IMG/VR virus record: IMGVR_UViG_3300045988_045917
Location: 1-39,422 of that record
Strand: one strand, 5' to 3'
Source of the DNA: a virus
DNA: 39,422 nucleotides
The notes beneath the pieces are model-generated. The model made no database searches. It was given only the letters and a program-made list of their open reading frames with translations, and had not been told where the DNA came from. Within the stretch, counting starts at the first letter, position 1; each line of letters opens with the position of its first letter. Shown here one piece after another: positions 17,413-25,797 of this stretch. The position numbers were made by a program, and so were the translations under genes.

Positions 17413-18453
17413 CTACTTCACTAAAGCTAATAATTCGTCTTTCTTGGTCTTACCAGTGTAATCAATGTGATTCTTATCTAAGTAGGCCTTGATTTCTTCT
17501 AAAGTGCTTTCAGCAGTTGGTTTTGCGTCTTGACCACTTTGTTCTTGATCTTTCTTAGGCTTATCACTTACTACGAATTGGATACCCTTAGTCTTAGTAT
17601 TCAAAAGTAAAACATCGTCATAAGATTGTTCGTAGTACAAATAATTACCAGATGTTGCAGCTGATGGTTGGTCAAAACCTACAAATGAATATTTTTCAGG
17701 TGCAATTTGAACACCGTTGTAGATTAAGAACATTTCAATTTGTTTAGCAGTATCAATTGTCTTAGAACCATCAGAGAAATCATAAGCTGTTTGCATTAAA
17801 TCAGATGGAACAACTCGAATAGTTACATCATCAAGACTGTAAACAGTACGTTGAATATTATTAGGATCTTTCAAAGTTAAAGCACGGTTCATAGCTTCAG
17901 CACGCTTTAAGATTGCATTAGTCTTAGGTGTTACGTAAAGAATACGGTTAGTTGATGGAATACGGGCTTCATCAAAATCAAGCATCATATTATCAAAAGC
18001 AGGAAGAATGTTCTTTTCATCTAATGTATTAGTAGTAATACCACCATCATGAGCTGCTTCCTTGCCACTGTATAAATGAGAGAACATGTAACGGTCTTTT
18101 TCAGGCATCTTAGAATCTAAGTTGAATTGCTTAGTAATGTTAGCCAAAGACACAACCATGTTGGTTTCATCAATGTCTGAAGGATCTACAAGAGTTGACC
18201 AGTAACGTTCATTCTTTAATTCGTATGAGTCCCAGTCGTTGCTGTAGTTAGCTACTGGTGTTGTGATTGTTCTACGTTGTCTATCCTTACGACCACTGGT
18301 AATTTCTAAACGTGGAACTTTAATATGTTTTGCACCGTCAAATTTAATAATTGAGTTTGATGGTGAGTTCCATAATTCAGCACTGTATAAGTGGCCATCA
18401 TAAAAGGCTTGTTGTACAGCTGCTTGATATTTTTCGGCATAATTAATTGTCAT
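17413..18453 (-). CDS. Major capsid protein with a C-terminal HeH/SAP-like helix-extension-helix tail
   Basis: 346 aa after the scaffold gene. The C-terminus LEEIKAYLDKNHIDYTGKTKKDELLALVK follows the HeH/Rho-N-like pattern. Confidence 0.75.
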   Translation of the reverse strand: MTINYAEKYQAAVQQAFYDGHLYSAELWNSPSNSIIKFDGAKHIKVPRLEITSGRKDRQRRTITTPVANYSNDWDSYELKNERYWSTLVDPSDIDETNMVVSLANITKQFNLDSKMPEKDRYMFSHLYSGKEAAHDGGITTNTLDEKNILPAFDNMMLDFDEARIPSTNRILYVTPKTNAILKRAEAMNRALTLKDPNNIQRTVYSLDDVTIRVVPSDLMQTAYDFSDGSKTIDTAKQIEMFLIYNGVQIAPEKYSFVGFDQPSAATSGNYLYYEQSYDDVLLLNTKTKGIQFVVSDKPKKDQEQSGQDAKPTAESTLEEIKAYLDKNHIDYTGKTKKDELLALVK

Positions 18454-18457
18454 TTAT

Positions 18458-19012
18458 CTATACTCCTTTAAATACGTCTACCATAGCTTGGGTTGCATCA
18501 GATGCAGGAGGATTACCGTTTTCTGGATTATAATTTTGCTTAGCTCCATCATCAAAAAGATAGGCGTCAGATTTGTGTAAAGATTTAATTTGATCGTCTA
18601 AACCTGTCAAATTGCCATCATCATCAAGCTTAATTTCGTCCATATTCAAAAGGCCTCTAATAGCCTTGTTATTACGGACTTTAGCCTTGCTTAGTGATTG
18701 GTCAATTGCACTATTTAAACGATTAGCAGCAAGTTTTTGAGTAAGCTCAGCTGTATCCTTATCATACTTGCTCTTTAAATCATTAAATTGCTTAGTCAAG
18801 TCTTCATTATCCTTAACTTGAGTACGCAACTTCTTTAAATCCTTATCTCTTTCACTCATCTGGGACTTAAGAGCTTTATTCTCTTCTAAGATTTCAGCAT
18901 TGCTAGCACTTGCTTTATCCTTAGCGTTTTGAATGTCTTCGCCATTTAAATCCATGATCTTTTTAATCTGCTCTTCTTGTAATCCAAGCTCTTCTAATTG
19001 TTTTCTTTTCAT
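18458..19012 (-). CDS. Scaffolding protein (GP20-like)
   Basis: 184 aa, highly charged coiled coil, upstream of the capsid gene. Confidence 0.7.
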   Translation of the reverse strand: MKRKQLEELGLQEEQIKKIMDLNGEDIQNAKDKASASNAEILEENKALKSQMSERDKDLKKLRTQVKDNEDLTKQFNDLKSKYDKDTAELTQKLAANRLNSAIDQSLSKAKVRNNKAIRGLLNMDEIKLDDDGNLTGLDDQIKSLHKSDAYLFDDGAKQNYNPENGNPPASDATQAMVDVFKGV

Positions 19013-19144
19013 TGTTCTATCCTTTCACACGTTTTATACGAGTTCGCCTCTCATAAGGTCATACAAAAAGAGCAGTTTAACGACTTACTCAGGTCAAATA
19101 TTAAATTTCTCTCAAAACAGCCTCATAATAATCATTCCAAAGTT

Positions 19145-20287
19145 TTAGGAACTTGTTGATAGTCTTTTTTGGGGAGAACTTAAACTTTTCAGCATATTTA
19201 AACCAATAATTTTAATGCCAGATACTTTCTTCCAGTCCTGATATCCTAAACGCTTTTGATAACGCTTTTGATTAACGGACTTATTCCACTCACTGTAATT
19301 CATATCCTTAACATAAACGCTTTTACCTGTTTTAGGATCTCTACTCCAGCGAGTTTCAACATCTGGTAAGTCTTTATCATAAGGAACAGTCGTACATCTA
19401 CAATAAGGGTGAATCAAAGGATAGTTAATACCCTCTTTTTTATCTTTGACATTAAAAATTCGCTCATCTAAGTGGGCGCATTGGTCACAGGTGTGACTTT
19501 CTAATGTAGCTAAATACTGGTATTGTTCAATATCACTGTCTTTATAGAATTGCGCTGTTGCTTCTTCGGCAGCGTGTCCCATTTCAGTGGTGACTAACCT
19601 ATGTAAATCACGATCAGAAACTCTTTTAAAGCGATCTCTCATCATCGTGACAACCTTACTTGGAGAATATCCAAATAAAGTTGCTCTTAGCATTGTATCA
19701 GTTAACTCATCAGGAAGAATTTCCGTGTATTCTTTCCAAATTCGTTTGCTAAAGTCGCTACCTTTCCAAGGACTGTAAACAATGTTTTCTAATTGTTGCT
19801 CGTTGAAATGGTTTAGCTTGATATCTAATTGACCAGTAGCTCGGTACTTGTCGTAAGCATGTAAATAATAACTATTCTGATACTGTTTAGCTAAACCTTT
19901 TTGCATTCTTAATTGTTCAGCCATGCCATACTTTTTAGAAAACTCAACCATCTGGTCATGCAACTGTTGAAGTCGATATATACGGCTCTTATAGTATTCA
20001 GCATTTAGCTCTTTATCGTAACCACCAGCTTTTGCTTTACGTTCAAACTCTTCTAGGGTCATAGTCCACTTAGTTGTGTTGATACTTCCTAAGACGCTAG
20101 CAGCTTGTTTTAAGCCGACATTATTCTCATCAGCATATCGCTGTAAGTAACCTAATGCTTCTTTTTCGAATTCATGCTCTAACCGTCTTAGTCTAACTTG
20201 CATAGCAGCTTCATAATCTGCTGACGCTTCAAGTTGCTTTTTTTTTTCAGCAATAGCACGTTGACGCCAGTAGTCACTACTCTTCAT
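19145..20287 (-). CDS. Minor head / head morphogenesis protein (SPP1 gp7 / Mu F family)
   Basis: Signature YLATLESHTCDQCAHLDERIF...INYPLIHPYCRCTTVP. Confidence 0.85.
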   Translation of the reverse strand: MKSSDYWRQRAIAEKKKQLEASADYEAAMQVRLRRLEHEFEKEALGYLQRYADENNVGLKQAASVLGSINTTKWTMTLEEFERKAKAGGYDKELNAEYYKSRIYRLQQLHDQMVEFSKKYGMAEQLRMQKGLAKQYQNSYYLHAYDKYRATGQLDIKLNHFNEQQLENIVYSPWKGSDFSKRIWKEYTEILPDELTDTMLRATLFGYSPSKVVTMMRDRFKRVSDRDLHRLVTTEMGHAAEEATAQFYKDSDIEQYQYLATLESHTCDQCAHLDERIFNVKDKKEGINYPLIHPYCRCTTVPYDKDLPDVETRWSRDPKTGKSVYVKDMNYSEWNKSVNQKRYQKRLGYQDWKKVSGIKIIGLNMLKSLSSPQKRLSTSS

Positions 20288-21689
20288 CGTTTACGCCTTT
20301 ACCGTTTAGCTCGTCAGCTTGGTTAGAATATGGATCATTTTCTTCTTTATCCTTGGCTAAGTCTTTCAGTTCCTGTTGCCAATCATCAACAATAGGATTA
20401 GCTTTAGCAACTGCTTCTTTAGAACTGTAATTTGCTACAGTAGAAACTATTTGAGCCTTAGTCAAGCTATCCTCTACCTTAGTTCTCGTCCAATGTTGCG
20501 ATATATGGCGCTTGTCAGCATCTGAAAAGTTAAGGTAACGCATGATTGCCCGAACTAATTCATTAATAGCATGTTCAAAGTAAGTTTGTGTTTTAGCAGC
20601 CTTTAATTCTAAGTGAGAATACAGCATCTTGATTGCTACACCAGAAGCATTTGAACTCTCAAAGTTAGCTGGATCAATTCCTTGACCAAACAAAAAGATA
20701 TTTTTACGGGTTATCTTAAGTGCATCATCACGAGCTTCAACAGGAATATCAATTTGTAGCTTGTCAACGCCACTATTATCCCCGTTACCTGTATTATTAA
20801 TCTTAATAGACTTATATTTTCTTAAATCGTCCATAAATTGATGTAAGTCAGCACCGCCATAGTTGGTTAAGACAAGAATTACAGTTTGAACATCGTCTAA
20901 GTCATTAATAAATCCGTTGTAGATATCATCGTAAGCGTCAATTAAGCCCTTATACTTGTTAAGCTCAGGCAATCTGTACTTATTTTTAGAAAATTCAATA
21001 AAAAGAACACGTCCAAAGTTGTGTTTTAAGGTGTTTGACTGTCCTGTTTCATATCCTGCACTTAAATCATAAGAAGTAATGATATTGTAAGGCTCAATCA
21101 CTGTGCTATCGGTTGCATTTGTCCTGAAGAATTGTGCTTCTTTATCCGTCCAATATTCGTGAACCGTGAAATACTTACCACTATCAGGATCTAACTGCTT
21201 GTAACTTCTTAGAATACCCAGCAACTTATTATCCAACGTTGTTGCATAAATAGGAGTGATCTGGTCAGGTTGGATAATTCCATATCTGAAATTGCCATCT
21301 TCATCAATCCAGTAGTGCAACCAAGCTCGACCGGCATTTGAACTATCTACTAACAAGCCGTTAAGCGTCAAAGCACGATCATCACCTAAGACATCAATAA
21401 TTTTCTTGTTATCGGCATCTTTTCCTACATCAATATCAGGGAAGACAGAAGCAACATAACCAGCTTCTTGGTCTACCAGCAGTTGGTAAAAATTAGATGG
21501 AATACGGTTATCAGCACTTCTTAAAGGATCTTTCTTACCCTCCTTATTAAGCTTAGCTTTACCGTTGTTTCTGGTAGTAATATCGGTCTTATTTTCATAA
21601 TAATTCACTGCTTGTTTGTAATTATTAATTAGATCATTTCTACTCGTTGAAGTATTTTGGATTAACTTCTTTAAAGCGTCTAATTCCAA
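20277..21689 (-). CDS. Portal protein (SPP1 gp6-like)
   Basis: 470 aa between terL and the MuF-like gene. The N-terminus NYKQAVNYYENKTDI is typical of SPP1-type portals. Confidence 0.8.
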   Translation of the reverse strand: MELDALKKLIQNTSTSRNDLINNYKQAVNYYENKTDITTRNNGKAKLNKEGKKDPLRSADNRIPSNFYQLLVDQEAGYVASVFPDIDVGKDADNKKIIDVLGDDRALTLNGLLVDSSNAGRAWLHYWIDEDGNFRYGIIQPDQITPIYATTLDNKLLGILRSYKQLDPDSGKYFTVHEYWTDKEAQFFRTNATDSTVIEPYNIITSYDLSAGYETGQSNTLKHNFGRVLFIEFSKNKYRLPELNKYKGLIDAYDDIYNGFINDLDDVQTVILVLTNYGGADLHQFMDDLRKYKSIKINNTGNGDNSGVDKLQIDIPVEARDDALKITRKNIFLFGQGIDPANFESSNASGVAIKMLYSHLELKAAKTQTYFEHAINELVRAIMRYLNFSDADKRHISQHWTRTKVEDSLTKAQIVSTVANYSSKEAVAKANPIVDDWQQELKDLAKDKEENDPYSNQADELNGKGVNDEE

Positions 21690-22927
21690 GGTATGAAACC
21701 TCCTTTCTTGTTCCTGCTATAAATTGCATATCTAATAGCGTCTAGCCGGTCATTGTGTCTTACATCATTTTCTTTAAGTGGAAGTCCTGTACTTTCGTCC
21801 CAAGCATATTGATATATCTCATCAAGTAAGCCACTTGAAGCACCATCAACCACATAGAACTTTCCCTCTCGCATTTTCTTTGCTACGCATTCAATACCCG
21901 GTAAAACATTCTTATTAGCATTGATACAGTTAAGCCCGTTGGATTGAAACTCGTTCACATTATCAGGTCTGGCACTATCAGCATAAAAAATAAGATTGCG
22001 CCCGAACCTATTTTGTAAGTTCTGTGCAATCTTAACCCAGTAATTAATGAACTTGTGCTTCTGTGTGTAGTCTTCCAAGATGTAAGTATTACCGTCTTTA
22101 TCATCGCCCAGTAAGATAATCGGATTAGGGTGTTCATAACCCCAGTCAACGCCAACATAGTAATCTAAACCATCTGGAACACGATCTCTCGGAATTACCA
22201 TAGTGTCCTTATTAAAGTCTTGATAAACAATGCCGTCACCTGTAACCCATTGACCAAGTATTGAACGATCATAAAACATCCCACTTGGAGTAGCAGCTTT
22301 TAATGCTTCAACATAATCTTTTGAAAGGAATGTATTGTCGTCAATTGTAAAACTGAACGCCTTAATCCTTGCCTTAGGATCATGGTTATCAATGTAATCT
22401 GTCTTAAGCCAGTGTGTAGGAATATCAGGGTTTGTGTCACAGATAATTCTTGCTGATCTAACAGAACAACGCTGTACAATTTCCTGAAAAACTTCATGCG
22501 TTGCTAAACTTGCTTCGTTTATATAAGCCCCGTAAGAAGTCATACCACGAATAGCACCAATACCACGGACTGAACCTGTATAAGCTGGCACTATATCAAT
22601 ACCGAAAAGATGATAATGTCCGTGCCTGTCAGTCTTCATCACTATTCCAAATTGATTTTCTAGTGATGAGATGACGTTTGTGTAGATTGAATTGGAACTA
22701 TACCCCGCAAGGATATATTGAGGGTGTGGCTCCTTCTCGATCTCAGCAAGTTTTTTAATACGTTTAAGCTCTAGCAAGAAAAGATAGTTATCTATCACTG
22801 TCTTACCAGCACGAACAGCACCGTTTAAGATTAAGTACTTCCAATCATCATTAAGGTAGGATTGTAGCACCTTAATTTGTTTCTTCGTTAGTAGATTTAT
22901 CAGTGCCAACTTTTCCTGCCTCCTCAA
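21680..22927 (-). CDS. terL: Terminase large subunit (PBSX family)
   Basis: Walker A NGAVRAGKT. 415 aa, following terS. Confidence 0.85.
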   Translation of the reverse strand: MRRQEKLALINLLTKKQIKVLQSYLNDDWKYLILNGAVRAGKTVIDNYLFLLELKRIKKLAEIEKEPHPQYILAGYSSNSIYTNVISSLENQFGIVMKTDRHGHYHLFGIDIVPAYTGSVRGIGAIRGMTSYGAYINEASLATHEVFQEIVQRCSVRSARIICDTNPDIPTHWLKTDYIDNHDPKARIKAFSFTIDDNTFLSKDYVEALKAATPSGMFYDRSILGQWVTGDGIVYQDFNKDTMVIPRDRVPDGLDYYVGVDWGYEHPNPIILLGDDKDGNTYILEDYTQKHKFINYWVKIAQNLQNRFGRNLIFYADSARPDNVNEFQSNGLNCINANKNVLPGIECVAKKMREGKFYVVDGASSGLLDEIYQYAWDESTGLPLKENDVRHNDRLDAIRYAIYSRNKKGGFIPWN

Positions 22928-23369
22928 TTAGTTTATTCAATACCTGATCTAGTTGTTCGTTGTCCTCAGTTCCAAGCCGTTCAGCCACAATTGCTTTAGC
23001 TTCCTTAATTCGAGCATCAGCTTTAGTTTTTCTGATATTAGCTAATACCAACTCACGCTCTTCTTTAGATAACTGGCTGTCATTGTACTTGTCACGCCAA
23101 TTATTTTTCAGAAAGAAAATCATCGCTGTAGTGTTACCCGATAAGGCTTTTTTCAGCAATGCGTTCTCAACAATGATATTTATTTCATCTCGTCCTCTTT
23201 TTAATGCCTGCCCAATCTGTACATGCTCACGTTTCCACTTGTTTAAGGTATTAATACTAATACCCATGTTATGAGCTATTTCAGCATCAGTCAGACCGTC
23301 ACGCTTCCAACCTTGAAGAAGTACAAGCTTGTCTTTATCTAGCCACTCTTTATACATCGCTCTAGCCAT
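22872..23369 (-). CDS. terS: Terminase small subunit (HTH-containing); start set to ATG 23369
   Basis: HTH segment GLTDAEIAHNMGISINTLNKWKRE. GGTGGTG lies 9 nt upstream of the ATG. The track's GTG start lies inside the SD. Confidence 0.7.
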   Translation of the reverse strand: MARAMYKEWLDKDKLVLLQGWKRDGLTDAEIAHNMGISINTLNKWKREHVQIGQALKRGRDEINIIVENALLKKALSGNTTAMIFFLKNNWRDKYNDSQLSKEERELVLANIRKTKADARIKEAKAIVAERLGTEDNEQLDQVLNKLIEEAGKVGTDKSTNEETN

Positions 23370-23394
23370 TGCAAGTAACACCACCACCTTTATT

Positions 23395-23423
23395 GCAAAA
23401 TAAAAAGCCAGCTTATGCTGACT
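23395..23423 (-). terminator. Intrinsic terminator closing the moron cassette, about 25 nt upstream of terS
   Basis: The minus strand reads AGTCAGC-ATAA-GCTGGCT followed by TTTTTATTTT. Confidence 0.7.
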
Positions 23424-23426
23424 TAA

Positions 23427-23870
23427 TTACATTTTTTCAAGTGCTTTCAATAATATTTTTAATACTTTAAATTGTTCTGTTAAGGAAAATGCCAACGTTC
23501 CTCCAGTAATTGAGATAATAATTCTAGATAATAGACTAGTATCTTTTTCATTAAAGAGGAGAGCAACAAGTGCAAAGATTGAACACATCAAAAATCCAAA
23601 GATTGATAATAGCAATCTATCTAAAAATTTTTTATCCGTATTCAATTTCTTTAAGCTCTTTAATAATCTTGAATTAGGAAGCGCCGGTATAAGCGTAAAG
23701 CTTGCAAATAATAGTCCTGTTGTAATTGAAGAAAGAGACAATATGCCTGACATAACATCTGTATAATTATGTATCTTTATAGGAGTAATTTTTAAAATCA
23801 AAATTACCAGAATTGTAATAACGCCAACAAGAAGCGAGCCTCGGTTTCGTTTTAAACGTCCCTGTTTCAT
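23427..23870 (-). CDS. Small 4-TM membrane protein (147 aa), moron gene 2, candidate effector
   Basis: SD GAGGAGAGAGGG. Four hydrophobic segments (aa ~12-26, 39-64, 86-106, 112-130). Visibly more AT-rich than the flanking genes. Confidence 0.7.
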   Translation of the reverse strand: MKQGRLKRNRGSLLVGVITILVILILKITPIKIHNYTDVMSGILSLSSITTGLLFASFTLIPALPNSRLLKSLKKLNTDKKFLDRLLLSIFGFLMCSIFALVALLFNEKDTSLLSRIIISITGGTLAFSLTEQFKVLKILLKALEKM

Positions 23871-23902
23871 ATCCCTCTCTCCTCATTTTATTAAACTAAG
23901 AT

Positions 23903-24814
23903 CTATATAAAATTATGAACACAATAGTCATAATACTTATGATATGCTTTTTCTAAAAAGCCAAACATATTTTCGATAGTAACTATATTATCATACTCTA
24001 CATAGCCATGAAATACCAATTTATGCTGTACTAAATCAACAGGTTCAAAAACACCGTCATCATCTATTCCTTCAACTTTCAACTTTGTAATTCCTAAATT
24101 TTCACTATTTTTAAATAGTAATTTTGCTTTAGCAATAATATCTTTTAATTTTAGCGAATCTGCTTGTAAACATACAGTCATTTTTTGGGCACCGACATCG
24201 TTAGCATATTCCATATCTTTTATTTCATCTCTTGAATTATCTTTAATTGAAGGCAAATTATTTATTTTTGCTACTGAATACGTTATCGAAGACGTATCTT
24301 GCATTTTATCTAATTTGTTAATTGCAATTTCATCTGGAATGATTGCTAAGTTTAATCCTCTAATTTTACAAAATCGGATGAGAAAAGATTTAAATAGAGC
24401 TTTATTAACACCACCAGCAGTACGAGCAAAAGCGCAGATGTGAGTATGAGTATCATACAGAAATTGTGTATTTACTACGCTACCTTGATCGTCAGTTATA
24501 GGAAGTGTTTCATTGCGTTGCTCAATATTCTTTTTCATATCGCCAACTTGAATGGGACTAGTCGGATCCAATCTGCTTAAGTTTATTAACCAAGCATAAA
24601 TTTGACCACTTTCATCAACGTAAGCTTTATTCATAGAATTTATGTAATACTTATTGTCTCCTATTTCAATCGTCTCAATCTGATCGGAATGATGAGTTTT
24701 TAATAAATTATAAGTAGTACTTATCTTATCATCTAATTTTTTTAAAGTTTCGTCTTTGCCTTCAATATGATAAAAATTGACAGTACGAGGCTTCTTATTT
24801 TTATATTGGGTCAT
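23903..24814 (-). CDS. Uncharacterised soluble 303-aa protein, moron gene 1, candidate sensor/defence protein
   Basis: SD GGAGGGAG 7 nt upstream of the ATG, with a TATAAT box at 24833-24838. AT-rich. I recognise no catalytic motif. Confidence 0.7.
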   Translation of the reverse strand: MTQYKNKKPRTVNFYHIEGKDETLKKLDDKISTTYNLLKTHHSDQIETIEIGDNKYYINSMNKAYVDESGQIYAWLINLSRLDPTSPIQVGDMKKNIEQRNETLPITDDQGSVVNTQFLYDTHTHICAFARTAGGVNKALFKSFLIRFCKIRGLNLAIIPDEIAINKLDKMQDTSSITYSVAKINNLPSIKDNSRDEIKDMEYANDVGAQKMTVCLQADSLKLKDIIAKAKLLFKNSENLGITKLKVEGIDDDGVFEPVDLVQHKLVFHGYVEYDNIVTIENMFGFLEKAYHKYYDYCVHNFI

Positions 24815-24852
24815 CCAATACTCCCTCCTAATATTATATAGATTTATTTTAT

Positions 24853-24881
24853 CAATAAAAAAAGAAGGTTACATCCTTCTT
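24853..24881 (-). terminator. Intrinsic terminator ending the structured-RNA/tRNA unit
   Basis: The minus strand reads AAGAAGG-ATGTAA-CCTTCTT followed by TTTTTTATT. Confidence 0.75.
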
Positions 24882-24922
24882 CATGAATAATATTAGGAAA
24901 AGCCAAGAAATTTCTCAGCTTA

Positions 24923-24996
24923 TGGTAACTGATGGAATCGAACCACCGCTAACTTGGTACTTCACACCAATGCTCTACCAACTGAGCTAAGTTACC
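24923..24996 (-). tRNA. Phage-encoded tRNA-Phe(GAA)-like gene with atypical features
   Basis: Cloverleaf read by eye:
- Acceptor GGTAACT/AGTTACC, 7 bp perfect.
- D-arm GCTC-AGTTGGTA-GAGC.
- Anticodon arm TTGGT-GTGAAGT-ACCAA.
- T-arm GGTGG-TTCGATT-CCATC, discriminator A.
- U8, A14, G18G19, U33 and T54-C56 are present.
- Oddities are G32 and a 6-nt variable region (GTTAGC). Confidence 0.7.
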
Positions 24997-25203
24997 CAGA
25001 CTAGGAAAGCTGCTATACTTAAGCTTCGCTTTTACGATTGCCACGGCATCTCAGTATCAGATTTAATGCAGAGTTACGTGTCATCGCCGACTTACTGCTA
25101 GCCATTAAAACAATCAACCTATATAGAAAAGAAATGTTTAGATTAGCTTTTGTCACAAAACGAACAAACCTGGGAAAAACCGTAAGAACAAAACGCCAAT
25201 CTA

Positions 25204-25311
25204 GAGGATACATCGGAATTGAACCGATAAGAGATAATCGTTGTTGGCATACTTAGCTATATCTCGGTAGAACTGCCACTACCCCAGCTCGCCAATGGCT
25301 GGCTATATCCT
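25204..25311 (-). ncRNA. tRNA-like module TL4 (108 nt): full cloverleaf-like fold with an 8-nt anticodon-position loop and a 35-nt extra arm
   Basis: Elements read by eye:
- Acceptor AGGATAT/GTATCCT (7 bp, one GU).
- D-arm CCAG-CCATTGGCGAG-CTGG (Leu-type D-loop).
- Stem GGTAG/CTACC with loop TGGCAGTT.
- Extra arm GAGATA-(23 nt)-TATCTC.
- T-arm ATCGG-TTCAATT-CCGAT. Confidence 0.5.
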
Positions 25312-25430
25312 AGAATGCTCTGTTAGGCACAGAGCTAAACCAGATGCAATTCTGTAAATTAAAATCAGACAAACAAAATATATTCGTGATCTGAACAATA
25401 TTATTTTTACGCCTGCTTTCCGACAGGCAA

Positions 25431-25455
25431 TGGGCAGGCGAGGAATTGAACCCCA
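25431..25455 (-). ncRNA. tRNA-like module TL3: T-arm plus acceptor 3' strand
   Basis: TGGGG-TTCAATT-CCTCG, then CCTGCCC plus A. The upstream part shares GGCGAGC...GCTGGGG-AGT with TL4. A possible 5' partner is GGGTAG (6/7). Confidence 0.4.
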
Positions 25456-25661
25456 CTAAACATTGTGAAAGAAAATTCCTACTTTCTTTCTAAATTCCAA
25501 ATTGTGCCAATCTACCCACGGCAGTTGCTGCTGCGGTCCAGCCAACAACTCCCCAGCTCTTCCTACGCTCGCCTCGAAACCGTTGAGGGTCGTGGCATAG
25601 GCGTCATTTACCTAGGCAACTATTATATACAATAGCCAATAATGGACTACCGCCTAGGCTA

Positions 25662-25686
25662 TCAAGCAATCAGGATTCGAACCTGA
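25662..25686 (-). ncRNA. tRNA-like module TL2: T-arm plus acceptor 3' strand only
   Basis: TCAGG-TTCGAAT-CCTGA, then TTGCTTG plus A. The upstream sequence is AT-rich with no D or anticodon arm. Confidence 0.35.
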
Positions 25687-25797
25687 GTGCCTGAGTCAAA
25701 TAAATAAGAAAAAGTAAAAAATAAAAGAATTGTAAGCCAAAAGCCAAAAATAAAATTCATTTAGAGGAATGTTTATCGCCTGAATTTACTCAGGCTA

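Noticed and set aside
20238-20247. T10 (coding-strand A10) homopolymer in the MuF-like head morphogenesis gene as a possible phase-variation or frameshift site
   Set aside because: The reading frame is intact through the tract (AEKKKQLE) and no alternative frame extends meaningfully. It is noted only as a potential sequencing-error hotspot.
25019-25256. Two short ORFs (64 aa minus, 72 aa plus) inside the ORF-free region
   Set aside because: Neither has a Shine-Dalgarno sequence and their composition is not protein-like. They overlap each other and overlap strong RNA stems and a T-arm module. They are more likely chance frames in a structured RNA.
25689-25782. Possible 5' acceptor strand CAGGCGA (25782-25776) pairing with TL2's TTGCTTG to make a giant ~120-nt tRNA-like element
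   Set aside because: The pairing needs two GU pairs. The intervening 87 nt are AT-rich with no D-arm or anticodon-arm structure. CAGGCGA is also already part of the TL1 trailer hairpin.
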